A stretch of DNA of 64,000 bases from positions 33,728,001-33,792,000 of the forward strand of contig NC_079171.1 in the NCBI RefSeq assembly GCF_947568905.1. Reading direction: 5' to 3'. The notes under the pieces are model-generated. The model was not told the DNA's origin. It worked only from the letters and a program-made list of their open reading frames with translations, and did not search any database. The translations under genes and the position numbers were made by a program. Numbering within the stretch: position 1 is the stretch's first letter; each line of letters starts with the position of its first letter. Shown here in pieces: positions 19,769-32,160 of this stretch. The DNA comes from Ostrea edulis (taxonomy: Eukaryota).

Positions 19769-20442
19769 GAGATAATGTTGCATGTCGCTGTTCCTTTACA
19801 TGTAAGTAAGGATATTATTGTAATGAAAATAGGGGATAAAAAAATGTTTATTTGTTTTCATTGTAAAGGATTTTTAAAGTAATAAATACCATAGATGATT
19901 ACTCATATTTAACTTTATTGGTAAATTTCTGTGGACAGTAAGGTTTTTGAATACAGAATTTATAAAAATACATTTTTTCCCCTTATCATGGTTAATTTGT
20001 TTTATTTCATTACAGTCCGGGAACCTAAAGACTTGGCTGTGGGGGCTCCTCTCTGTGTCTCCCTGTTCCTCCTCCTGGTGTGGGCGCTGCCAACAATACT
20101 TAAATGTATGGGAGTGCGGTGCTCACGTACTCCAGTGAGGAGGAACCAGGGGGATGCGGAGAGCCATCCCATGGAGGAAAGACAGGAGTCCCCCCGTCCA
20201 GACATTCCGCAGGTCTGGTCAATCTGGATACTCGGGGACGATCCCGTCCCGCCAGGCCGGCGCCCTCTCCGCCGAAGGCGGGATTGAAGGTAAATATTTA
20301 ACTTGTAATAATAGACATTTAAAATTATATTCTTATTTTACATATGATGCTTTATATTCTCATTCATTCATTTCTTCAGATCGCGGAGGTGCATGGGTAT
20401 AACACCCGCTCTAAGATTCGTAAATCGGTAAGTGATATATAA
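19769..20442 (+). pseudogene. Spliced remnant of a small single-pass membrane protein gene
   Basis: GT..AG introns at 19802-20015 and 20290-20379. Joined frame gives CRCSFTFREPKDLAVGAPLCVSLFLLLVWALPTILKC, but a frameshift is needed to reach the last exon (IAEVHGYNTRSK). Family unknown. Confidence 0.3.
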
Positions 20443-21559
20443 TCTGCTAACTAAGGACGAGACTGTCAAGATAAGTTATTTACTTAATTAGGTAGGCGAT
20501 AAGGGTCGCGATGTGTATAATATATAGACTCTGACGAACGAAGAAAAGAAATTAAGATACGTACTCCAAAGGTTTCAAGGCATACGTTCAGCCTACGCTT
20601 AACCCAGAGTTTACCAGAATGAAGTTCAAGGTCAGCAATCCATTGAGCAGTTTGTCGTCAGATTTTGCATTCTACCCAAAGGCCGTCAGTATAACGATCT
20701 GCAAGAGGATTGATTCATGTCAAAAAGGACTTGGTTGCTATCCTGTATCAACGTCAGCCATCGAGGAAGTTTGGGTGGTGGCCTATGGGTCAGTAACATT
20801 AACACCAGCAGAAAAGAGCTAATGTATGCATTTTGGGAAGGTATAGTTCTTAGCCTTGAAGTGGACTGTTACTGGGCGGTTGTGTGATTATCTCTATTAT
20901 GCACCATACTTTGATGTTTACAGTTTACATACTCTTTTTCATATAGAGACCACATTTCTGACTTGTCGTGTGACTTAAAAGTGAAAGTAGTGGTGGTTTT
21001 TTTCAGTATATTTGTGAAATGGATGTGTTCTCCGAACTATTGAAAATAAAATTAGACCGAAAAAGTTAAGAGGGGGAGGCTGTATCATTAGGGAGGATGC
21101 GGGATCAAGTAGTGTGAATGGGGTGCTGAAAGTGAACTGGCCAGAGGAGGGTAGTAAGCAGGAAAAGGCACATCTGGTTCCCAGGTGGACGTCTGGAGGT
21201 TAGCCATTTCTGCCGTAAGAAACTGTGTTAATCCGGTGCACTTGGTGATTGAGCCGCATGCCACAAACCTTGAGCGGATGCATTGTTACCATCGGGGGGG
21301 GGGGGGGGGGGGGGGGGGGGGGCTGTGGGACACACCTATCACATTGCATCATATAATGTAACTATTTAAGAAAGATTAAAATGCTAGTGATTTAGTTTAA
21401 GTAATTATGCTCGGGATCTCCATTTATACTCGGGCTCGAAGTTCGCTCAATATTCATTTTTCTGGTATTTGACTTCTTGATGCCCGTCATAAAGTTTGTA
21501 CAATTGTTTTTGTTTCAAAAATCTTTTACTTTTGTGGGATGACAATTTCTGATTAGTCT

Positions 21560-22600
21560 TGTTTAATTCATAATCTTTTTGTACTTTTATCTAGGGTCTT
21601 GTCCACTGAAACACTGGTGGGATGGCAGCACCTACCCCTGCAGAGATACCTCAAATAGATCTGCCCAGACCATTATTAGAAAGGTTGACAGCACTGTGCA
21701 CCCGACCCGAGAAGTTCCTCATAAATGTTACATTGCGAGGCAGAGATCGTCGCTGGGTTGGATTAAAGCTCTTGACCTCTGAGAGTTGCTGTTTTTGATC
21801 GCCTTGGCCAGCACATCTGGAGACAATCTTATTGAGATACAAGCATGGAGCAAGTTCTCATTCTCGGGCGAACAGGGTATTTTAGAAATTGTCACCGAGA
21901 TATTCTCTTTCTTACCCAGTTAACCCCCATTGCACAACAGAGAGTGTTTTCTGCATGATCACCCATGTAGCAATGCAACATTGCAAGTTTGGCATACGAG
22001 AGCTTGCTTTTCATATTGCACCATCCCTTGTAAACACTTCATAGGCTTCATTGATCTTTGTCCTGCATCTGTCAACTGCATCTAGGGCAAATTAGGCTTA
22101 ATTTAGATTTTGTCAGTCTTGCTTCGTCTCTTTTGATGGATTTAAATGATGCTCTCACACAAATGCCGAGTGTCGATATAATGAATTGGTTGTTCTTTCA
22201 GAAGCCCATCTTGGTAGAGGGAAATCGTCGTTCGACCAGCCGCGTTGTCCAGGTCAGTGGTTACCTCCTGCCCTTAAGGCCAGTCTCACACAGGAGTTCC
22301 CCCATTTCCGCCTTAGTCCAGGTGAACTCCTCCCACATAGTGTGACGTTCGCCTCACATATCTCATGACTTTAACAGTGTTCTCATCAAGCAAGTGACCA
22401 GGTTTCAACATATTTTATTTTTGTCTTCACTTTAATGATATGAGGCGACATTCTCTGCGATAGCGTACACTGTGTCGCCGGCTGGAATGGCGTCTCACCC
22501 ACCCCTGACTACAGGGAGTTGTAGGAATACCACCGCTCTTCTGTAGGTTGTAAAGGAGGCAATACTTTTTTAGGTATAATACCAACTGGATCCTACATAT
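21560..22600 (-). pseudogene. Degraded Mutator-like transposase
   Basis: Across frameshifts, RLSPDVLAKAIKNSNSQRS/SFNPTQRRSLPRNVTFMRNFSGRVHSAVNLSNNG resembles the TQNxNESxN..PK..AV..FNxG C-terminus of invertebrate Mutator-like transposases; many stops. Confidence 0.5.
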
Positions 22601-23732
22601 ATATATTTTCGTGGATTTTGGCAAGTGCTTGGAATGAATTTTCAAATGAGGTAAACTAATTGCCGACTATCTATAATTATATACCTTTATACATATAACC
22701 ATGATAATGATATTATTACGTCTGCGGATCGAATGGCATGATTATCATGCATTTGATATTGTTTTATATATTGTCAGTTATTCTTTCTTTTTTTTTACCC
22801 CTAGACAAGACAATGCTGATAAAGTTTACATATTCTATTGAATAATATGTGTGCCTCCTGTTCAAGTAACATGTCATACACTCTCGGTGATTACAAACAT
22901 CGTCTAAGTTCGTGAAGATTTTACGTACGATCTGATTTGATCACAAGAACATGACCCACAATATGCCATTTTTGGCCTACCAAATTTGGAAAAATTAAAG
23001 AACACTTTAGAATACTTTAGAATACATCTAAGATTATATTTTTTATCCATAACATGAGCCAAGTTGTATTGCGCAATCGTTTCCTCACACCGGATGTTTA
23101 AAGCACTCAAGTAAATGCCCAAACCTACCGCAGTTTCACGTTTTCCGGGAAAATCGCATAAATTTGCCAACTTCAGTCTATAAATTCACATGGGCCGCAT
23201 TACTCACGACTCAATTTTGTAAACTAAAATTAAAATGCAAAGTTAGATTAACACTTTCCATCAAAAAAATTAACTCGTAAGCAATGCGGCCATGTCGAAA
23301 AAAAAATGATAATAACAAAAGTGTCGTCTGGAAACGTCAGATTCCAAGGAAGTCAATACATACACCTAACACAGTTGATACGACTCAAAAAGAAACAGCA
23401 AAGAGGTGAGTTTTTATGTTCTTATATATTTTTCAAAATAAAAAATCAATATCTAAACGAGTAAATATGAGAGTCATGGCCTATGGTAAAAAGGTACAGG
23501 GGAGGGGAGGAGGGGGGGGGGGGGGGTAACCTATCGTGTATGTTTGATTCCGAAGTCCGTTCCGATGGCTTTAAAAGTACCGATTTCCCTACCTTTTGTT
23601 ACTTTAAAAATGATATTGTTCGAAACAGAATGAATGTTCGAATCAAACGTACAGTACAAACTTATTCGGCCATACGGAATACCCTAGTTAGAATAAGCTG
23701 TGTCTCGGGACAGGCCCTCACCACAATCGGTG

Positions 23733-23768
<36 letters not shown>

Positions 23769-24764
23769 CTCTAGGCATAACCCAGTAAACATTTCAATTA
23801 CACAGGCCCAGCATGTACACATGTATTACGCATGGAGATGTGCGATATATATTCAGACAGTATGATCTATCGTATGAATTTGTCCATTGGTTCTCATAAT
23901 TTTTACAAATTATGTAGATCTACGTTTAATTAATATAGGCTACAGTTTAAAGTTTCTTATAAAATATTAAGTCTGTCAATCATAACTGTAAAGTTGTAGC
24001 AACGTGTTACATTAACAAATGTCCGAATATTACGGCAATGTCAAACACGGCTGTAAGCTCTATCTATTTTACATTTGTACTTGAGAATTTGAACGCACAA
24101 TATTCATACATCGAACGGAGACGAAATTATTGTTTTGTTTTCAATTTCAACTATTTAAGTTCGTAAATTCATAAGTCCCTTGTATATACGTGGAAAGACA
24201 CCTACAAAAACACACAGAAAGTTTGTTTTTAATGAAATAGGTCAATTTAAATACATATCAAAATATATCTTGTTAAATAATATTTGACATAACTTGTGTT
24301 GAAATGTAGAGTATTCTTTTAATTATATTTACTTTTTTTCGATTGAAGGGCAATAACTCTAAATAGAAAACATAGTTTACTAGTGGAGGATCCTAGTTTT
24401 TTTCTTTCGTTTTGTTTTATATATACACACGAAAATCAAACGCTTTAATTGATTTAGAATTTTTATTTTGTGCTATAGACAAAATTGATATTGAAAAGAT
24501 ATGTTTTAAATGTTAGGAAAAAAAAACAATCTATAAAGGTGAAACGGCAAACACCCCCCCCCCCCCCCCCCCCCCGAAAATGTATTACAATACTATTGAT
24601 AATTTTTCTATTATTTATATTATTTCATGTATGGAGATGTGCATGGTTTTTGCACCAGTTTTCTTTTTGGATTAGGAAAATGGTTTACTTTTTCCTTAAA
24701 AAAGGACTTTGGAAGGGTCCATTAAACAGACCCAGGTTGGGAGATTTCAGGCTCTCATGGACTT

Positions 24765-24861
24765 AATTTCCGTGGAAACGAGGGGTTATTTATATTCGGT
24801 CTTTCCTACCCCGGGATAGGAAAGATCGAATATAAATAACTTCCTCGTTTCCACAGAAATT
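24765..24861. repeat. Near-perfect ~97-bp foldback palindrome (mini-MITE-like)
   Basis: AATTTCCGTGGAAACGAGG.GTTATTTATATTCG.TCTTTCCTA is mirrored after a short CCCCGGG centre. Confidence 0.85.
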
Positions 24862-25189
24862 TACATGGACTACATAATAGAAATAAATTAACCATGTAAT
24901 ATACATTGTTGTAAACCCCATACCCCCTCTATATGTCACACTGACATTAATCAACAAAACATTTGAAGATACACATTTTCAGTTTATTAGTGGGAAAAAA
25001 AATAATTCCAAGTTTTTGAATACAATTTATTAATTGATTCACCAAGCATTAATTAACAAGTTAATTGATTTATAATTAGATTTTAGGAAAAATAACCTAG
25101 GCTAATGGGTTTTAACATGAAGATAAGATTTTCATCCAACCCAAATTGTATATTTTAATTACATGTATATGACATAAATATTTCAGATA

Positions 25190-25860
25190 TGCCAAGGAGT
25201 GGTCCCATTCTTTCTCTGTTTCAACTGTCCATGGAGAGTAAAACCAAAACACAGATCCAGGATTTCAAAGAAATATAGGTCAGTGATCACCACTCTGATA
25301 GGGAGGGCACCATCTGATCACGATTTTCTGTGCAATATATGCCAGAGTGTGTGTGTTGCTCCCATATTAAACAGAAGAATATCAAGTCGGTTAGGCAACA
25401 GATTCAAGACAGTCCAGCACCACCACCAGCAGCAGCAGTTCTTCCAATTAGTCCCCCTTATGTATCACTCCCATCCCCATGTACATCAAGAGGGCACACT
25501 TCATGCTGTATCTGCGAGTGACCAGGTCCAAAGTTAGTTGTAGTCCCAGTAGGAGTAAGGCATGGAATCTTCATTTCAAAAGAGGCCATCATTCCTGCCG
25601 GGGCTCGCTTCTGTACAAATCACCTACAACAAGACATAGAAGAACTTGAACCTATTGCTGACAACACCATGTTCAACAAAACAGGAGTGACATAATTAAT
25701 CAAACAAGTTTTTGAGAGCTGAAGTTTTGAGAAAAGAGAAAATAAGGTTGGATTTTGACGACAGTGAAAGTCTAACAGTGAGCATCAGAATCTCCTGGGA
25801 ACCCCTAAAGCTGCTTTTGAGGACTTGCTGACATATGTAAACCTGTAGAATATGGAAACT
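25190..25860 (+). pseudogene. Degraded N-terminal region of a Harbinger/ISL2EU-like transposase
   Basis: DFLCNIC and PGPKLVVVPVGVRHGIFISKEAIIPAGARFCTNHL resemble N-terminal segments of invertebrate Harbinger-like transposases; broken frames. Confidence 0.35.
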
Positions 25861-28800
25861 TGTGCTAGATAAAAGCTTTATAACCTTTCTACCAGTGATG
25901 TATTTGTTGACAATAAAAAGGATATTTGATTTTAGCAGAATAATTACTTATTATGAACTACTAGTATTATCATTATGATACTTAACTGGCAAATAACAAA
26001 CAACAAACATGATTTGTAAATGTTACTTCCTGTATAGATCTACATGATACTTCTATTTTGGGAACATTATGAAAATAGGCCAATTTAGATTATTTCTCAT
26101 TCTGTGGCATTTACAAGCATGTATACATTACATGTAAATGCAATATAATCCAAACAATTTAAAACTACAGTGCCTTAGGATATATCCTATTTCAAATATG
26201 TATCTAGATGTAATTCTATTCAAATCTATATTAATGCCTGGAAGATTTTTAGATCACAGCTCATGAATTACGTTCTGTCAGTCAATAATGTATTGCACAA
26301 ACATTTAAAAAAATTGTTGGTTAAAAGACCTCAGTATCTTTACATGATTAATACGTATAGGAATATACAATTATTGATCAAGATAAATACAGTAAAATTT
26401 ATACAGTATCATTTCTCAAATCGTATTTTCAGAGTCAATAATATACTGACTCTGATCCCCTATATCGGTGTTGTGTTGTTATTATTCACGCTATGAAATC
26501 TACATGTACATGTAACAAAAAGATCATTTGATACTTACTATTAGGTGTCTACAGTAATTTTCCTTTAATCAGGTTTCACAGCAAATGATCGTTGAACGTG
26601 TAATTCCGAGTAAATTCGAATTGAACATGTTTTGACGAGACGCGGTGTCAACTTATTTCGTTACCATTGCTTTCGATACTCGGTCGTTTTAATACTTAAA
26701 AAAAAAATAAGAAAGAAAACAAAAAAACCCAAAACTATGGAATATGATATGAAACAGAATTGTTCCAATGATTCACTTCTTTCACCATGTAAATAAACTA
26801 CATACTATATTTATTCTTCTTATTTCAGTATTTTAAAATTCAAGTAAAAATAATTTAAAAGTAAAGTTGAACAATCACGGCTTTGAACATCATTTCCAAA
26901 ATATTTCTTTTTTCTATTTCCCAAATTTGGTCAAAAATGCTTATTATGATCATTGAATAAGCCATTCTAGCTATTTGAGTGCATATAACTTGATATATTC
27001 AGAGATTTATAGGTTCATGTACATTGTACATGGTCATTGGAGGTTTATTGTTGTGACGTGTATCCCGAAATGTTAATTGTTTTAACATTAAATACCACAA
27101 TATTCAACGTCATATTAACAATAAAGTATAGAATATATGAAAAAAAGAAAAACATTTCTAGAAAGCCTATATCCCGAAGATTATTATATACAGAAATTAT
27201 CAATATCCCAGGCTAGGCCATTTTTCATGGTTCGTGGGTCATGTTCTTTTACAATAAAAATTACTTTAGCTGAACGACTTATTGAATCCCGGATTAGTGG
27301 TACTGTTCATAGTTTAAAGAAAGTTCATTATATTTCAGTTCTATTCAATATTGTCATGAAAACAGCATCACAAATATTAGAAGAGTGTGTTCAGCATGAT
27401 ATTACAGGTATCACACCGGTAATTGTCCAATCAAAATGAACTTAGTCAATTGTAGTTCCATATATTTAAAGAAATATTTTTTTCCTTGCGCAATTTTTCT
27501 CATTTCCTCTTCTTCTTTTCTCTTAATTTTTGCACCCCTGATTAGGAAATTTTGTGTAATTTGTAGAAATAACTAGTGTATACAAAGGAACTATTTGCTG
27601 TTGGTAGCTGAGGCTACTTCCTGAGGTGTACTCCGGCTGTTTACACACATGTGAAAAACACGTGGATTTGAGGGTAGTCTTGTTTGCGGGTAATTTATTT
27701 TCGAAAATGTCGCGTAGGGTGGTGTTTTTCTGGTGTCGGCAGACGAGATAGGTAACATAGAACGTTTCTGACTGCGATATTCGGCATCAATTCTGTAAAC
27801 TGATTTTTAATGAATTTTTTTCCCTCTATAGTAATATATAGTGAAAATAATTACCGGTGTGACACCTTGAAGGAAGTCGAGAATTTCACAATTTCCCGTT
27901 TTTCTCAGTCCTTTCCCTTTTCATCGGCTCAAAATCAGCACAGGATATGAAAACAAGAGGTTTGAAAAACAAAACGGTGTTTTAATAGGTCATTCAAGAA
28001 ACATGACGCAATACACAATGCGAAATATCAATTACATCTAAATACGTATCAACAACGTATTTTTTGCTTTATACAGCTAGAAAATCGTAAATATTTGTAT
28101 AAACACCCATCTACATAGCATACACCGGCGGGTTTAACACTTAACACATCCAAAAGACGTATCAAAATTTCACATAAATTTTACAATACGCATATTGTAC
28201 AATAACCCCTCCCCCTCCTCCTGCCTTGCACAACTGTTAGATGGACTTTCCTTGACATTCATAAGCATCATACATAACTCTATGACTTCTTGATTCAATG
28301 TCCTTATTGTAAATTAACCCAATTAAGAGATTTCGTATTTCTGCGTAGAGTTTAGAAATTTTATTTTATTTTTAATTTTATGTCCTAAAGAGAAATTCAT
28401 CTTGGCTAAAAAAAAATATATATCTAAATGCATGAATTAACAAGAGGTCCACAGGCCTTATCGGTCACCTGAATATTAGTTAAAAGTATCACTACTCCCA
28501 TTAAGACCATATTACAGACATGATTTTTTTTTCGTTTTAAAACGGAATTCCGCTTTTTGTCCGATTTGATTCCGATTTTTAAAAATAATTTACGTTTTTC
28601 ACAAATCCGGATTTTTTTCATTTCTTTTCCGTTTTTGGTTTCAAATTAGAAAAAGCTAAACACAGTTATAAGAAGCGATCTGATTGGACGCTCGGGACCA
28701 CAGTTCGTATACAACCAATCAGGATTCTCGTTATTATGTTGGGGAAAACTATACTCAGGCATGTTCATGGTTTGACTGTCTGATGATGGCTTCATGTTCC

Positions 28801-29395
28801 AGAATCGTAGTTAGAGATTTTGACACTAAAAAGGTGGATAAGGGTCTTAAAAATGTATGGAAGTGGGAGTGGCTGGAGAGGAAAGTGGGTGATGAGCTGG
28901 TAGGCCGATTCATAAGGAAGATACACTCGAGAGGGATAGCTTTTTCTGAGTTATGTTCAAAGGAAATCAACTACGCCACCAGAAAGGTTGGAAAGCACTA
29001 GAACAACACATACTAAAGAAGCTTCATACTGATAATAAGAAAATTAAAGCAACGAATCAATCTCTATCAGGTAAGTGTTAATTTCATATTTATTAATTCT
29101 ATTTTGTTTCAACGAAGTATGTTCTATTAGGATAAGTAGAACTGTCCAAACCTCGTTGATTACTTTCTATCTTATTGTCCAATCTTTTGTGGCCTGGGAT
29201 GAAGGGAAGGGGGGGGGGGGTGGTGGTGGATAATTATAATTATATGCGGGTGTTTTATAGGTAGTCGGGTTCGAATATCATTTGTATTGGTCACGTGGTG
29301 AAGGCATATAAATAGGCGAACATGTGTTTGTGCGGCATTCTAAGCACGCTCGCTAGCTCTACGTACAGGTAAATTTTATACACTACAAAAACTCT

Positions 29396-29935
29396 ATGGC
29401 TGAAAGTGACCATTGCATGGAAACTCCGGGAGAAGAATTTGGTTTATATAATGAAGAGGCCGTTTCTTTATTCAGTTCTTCACTGAACAAAGCTTTAGAA
29501 AGGCAGAGCAATGTTATTGTGAGCACTATAACGGGCCTTACAGAAAAGTTGACAAAAAGCAACGCGGGGAAAAACGTGCCGCACGTGGAGGAACCAACAG
29601 TTTCAGTTAACGGGTCACCAGGATTCGAATTCAAACACGAGGGACACAAGATTCAGTTTAACTTTAATCAAGCAAGATATTCCAAGTTGTCAGAGCTAGG
29701 AAAGTTGATTCAGGAGTGTGATTTTCAGAAAGCAGCAGACATCGTAAAAGAGGAACAAGCAGCAATACTTCAAAGAAACAAGATTTTAAAGATTGCAGAC
29801 CGGCACGGATGGGATACCGTGAGTGAATACCTTGACGACCCCTTAGCGGACGACACCGAAGATGCTACTAAGCTTCGTTACGCTGTTAGTCGTGCTGCTA
29901 GGAAACGCTCCTATCGAAGCAAAAATCACAGATAG
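29396..29935 (+). CDS. gag-like ORF1 of the Ngaro element (probably 3' truncated)
   Basis: FKHEGHKIQFNFN..RNKILKIADRHGWDTVSEYLDDPLADDTEDATKLRYA is typical of DIRS/Ngaro ORF1. Confidence 0.75.
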   Translation: MAESDHCMETPGEEFGLYNEEAVSLFSSSLNKALERQSNVIVSTITGLTEKLTKSNAGKNVPHVEEPTVSVNGSPGFEFKHEGHKIQFNFNQARYSKLSELGKLIQECDFQKAADIVKEEQAAILQRNKILKIADRHGWDTVSEYLDDPLADDTEDATKLRYAVSRAARKRSYRSKNHR

Positions 29936-29943
29936 TCAAGTGG

Positions 29944-31117
29944 TAAGGTATCTGGATTAGTATGCCGGAGGTACCAGGTTCAAATCTCATGATGGATTGG
30001 ATTTTTAAACCAAAATGGAAATCTTCAATGTTTTGGCCTCTGATTTGGAATGCAAAGCAAAACAATTTTCATTATTTTGTAAAAGGATTTATTGAGTATA
30101 ATAATCCAAAAAAATTTTTTCAAAGCTGGATCAGATATAAACAGTATTTTTGCGGCATATAAGTTTGCTAGTAATGTTCTAGTGCTGAGAGTTGATTTTA
30201 GATAGATCATATGGATGATCAACAAGGTTCCATGAACCACATGGCATATCTTGCATGGCACCATGTGCATAATGAATTCTAGAGCAGTATTTTGAGCACC
30301 ATGTGCATATACCTTATGAGCTACATATGAAATTGTAAACAAAGCACCATGTACGTTTTCTTGTGTATACTAAGAGAATTTTGAATTGAAACGAAGTGGG
30401 ATTTTGTGAGCTAAATATGAATTAGAGATAAGGCACCATGTGCGTTTTCAGAAAATCAAATGTAATTGAATGGGGCATGCATGAACTATATCTTAAGTCT
30501 CAAGGTGGAAAGTTGTGGGACAACTTTGCAGTAAGGTATCTGGATTAGTATGCCGGAGGTACCAGGTTCAAATCTCATGATGGATTGGATTTTTAAACCA
30601 AAATGGAAATCTTCAATGTTTTGGCCTCTGATTTGGAATGCAAAGCAAAACAATTTTCATTATTTTGTAAAAGGATTTATTGAGTATAATAATCCAAAAT
30701 TTTTTTTCAAAGCTGGATCAGATATAAACAGTATTTTTGCGGCATATAAGTTTGCTAGTAATGTTCTAGTGCTGAGAGTTGATTTTAGATAGATCATATG
30801 GATGATCAACAAGGTTCCATGAACCACATGGCATATCTTGCATGGCACCATGTGCATAATGAATTCTAGAGCAGTATTTTGAGCACCATGTGCATATACC
30901 TTATGAGCTACATATGAAATTGTAAACAAAGCACCATGTGCGTTTTCTTGTGTATACTAAGAGAATTTTGAATTGAAACGAAGTGGGATTTTGTGAGCTA
31001 AATATGAATTAGAGATAAGGCACCATGTGCGTTTTCAGAAAATCAAATGTAATTGAATGGGGCATGCATGAACTATATCTTAAGTCTCAAGGTGGAAAGT
31101 TGTGGGACAACTTTGCA
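29944..31117. repeat. Tandem duplication of a ~588-bp unit
   Basis: GTAAGGTATCTGGATTAGTATGCCGGAGG at 29944 and 30532; near-identical copies. Confidence 0.92.
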
Positions 31118-31175
31118 TTGATAAAATCTGTCTTTTTTATAGGTACACAATAACATTCTGTCGGAAATCCAGGAA

Positions 31176-32160
31176 ATGAAAAAAGACAGCAGGTTTGCAT
31201 CGGCAGCATCACACATTCATTACATTCTACGGAAAGGAAAGAGCGACAACTCTAATAGAAAATACGACACTTATTTCCAAAAATTTAAAGGCTGGTGTTT
31301 GGCTCACGATGTTTCCTATTTACCCGCAGCAGTGAGTACTGTGGCAGTATTTCTAAGCGGTCTTGTACAGCAATCGGTTTCCGAATCTGTGTTATCAACA
31401 TATTTCTACAGTATCAAGTGGTATCATGATTGCAATATGTGCTCTAACCCGTGTGATCAAAAAATTCTCCATATGCTCATGGAAGGAGGAAAACGAATTC
31501 TTTCGAAACCGATTCAGAAGAAGGATCCAATAACGCCTGAAATTTTAGAGCAGATTATAAGCAAATACGGCAATGATAGTTGTAAAAATGACTTGTCTAA
31601 TGTGAGAGTTTGTACAATGGTATTGTTGGGTTTTTGCGGGATTTTTCAGATTTAACGAACTTTCAAATTTACGTGTTAGAAATATATCTTTTCATGCATT
31701 ATTTATGTCTGTTCATCTTGAAAGTAGCAAGACAGACGTATATAGACGAGGTAATGATGTTTTAATTGCAAGCACAGGTAAATCAACCTGTCCTGTTTTT
31801 TGGTTAAAGCACTATTTACAACTTGCAGGTATTACTGAAAAACCTGACGATTTCATCTTTCGATCTATACGTTTTTACAAGTCATCAAAACGTTATAAGC
31901 TTTGTGAGATTAACAAACCCATTTCTTATACTAGAGCACGAGAAATACTACTTAGTGCTTTATCGTCCATTGGTTTGAATTCAAAGTTGTTTGGTTTACA
32001 CAGTCTACGAAGTGGCGGCGCTACTTCAGCGGCTTCAAGCGGCGTAAGTGACAGGTTGTTAAAAATTCATGGTCGATGGAAATCGGATTTTTCAAGGGAC
32101 AACTACATTAAAGATTGTGTGCAAAAGCAACTTCATGTTACCAAAAATTTGAACATATGA
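31176..32160 (+). pseudogene. Tyrosine recombinase of the Ngaro element, single +1 frameshift at ~31640
   Basis: LLGFCG(F)FRFNEL, SKTD, HSLRSGGAT, HGRWKS and final Y supply the R-K-H-R-H-Y residues. An extra G in GCGGGATT breaks the frame. Confidence 0.88.

Noticed and set aside
21294-21322. Long G run (also the C run at 24553-24575) as a G-quadruplex element
   Set aside because: Homopolymer length is unreliable and there is no supporting context.
27407-27866. MITE defined by 18-bp inverted repeats (27407-27424 / 27849-27866)
   Set aside because: Short match with no clear target duplication or second copy in the window.
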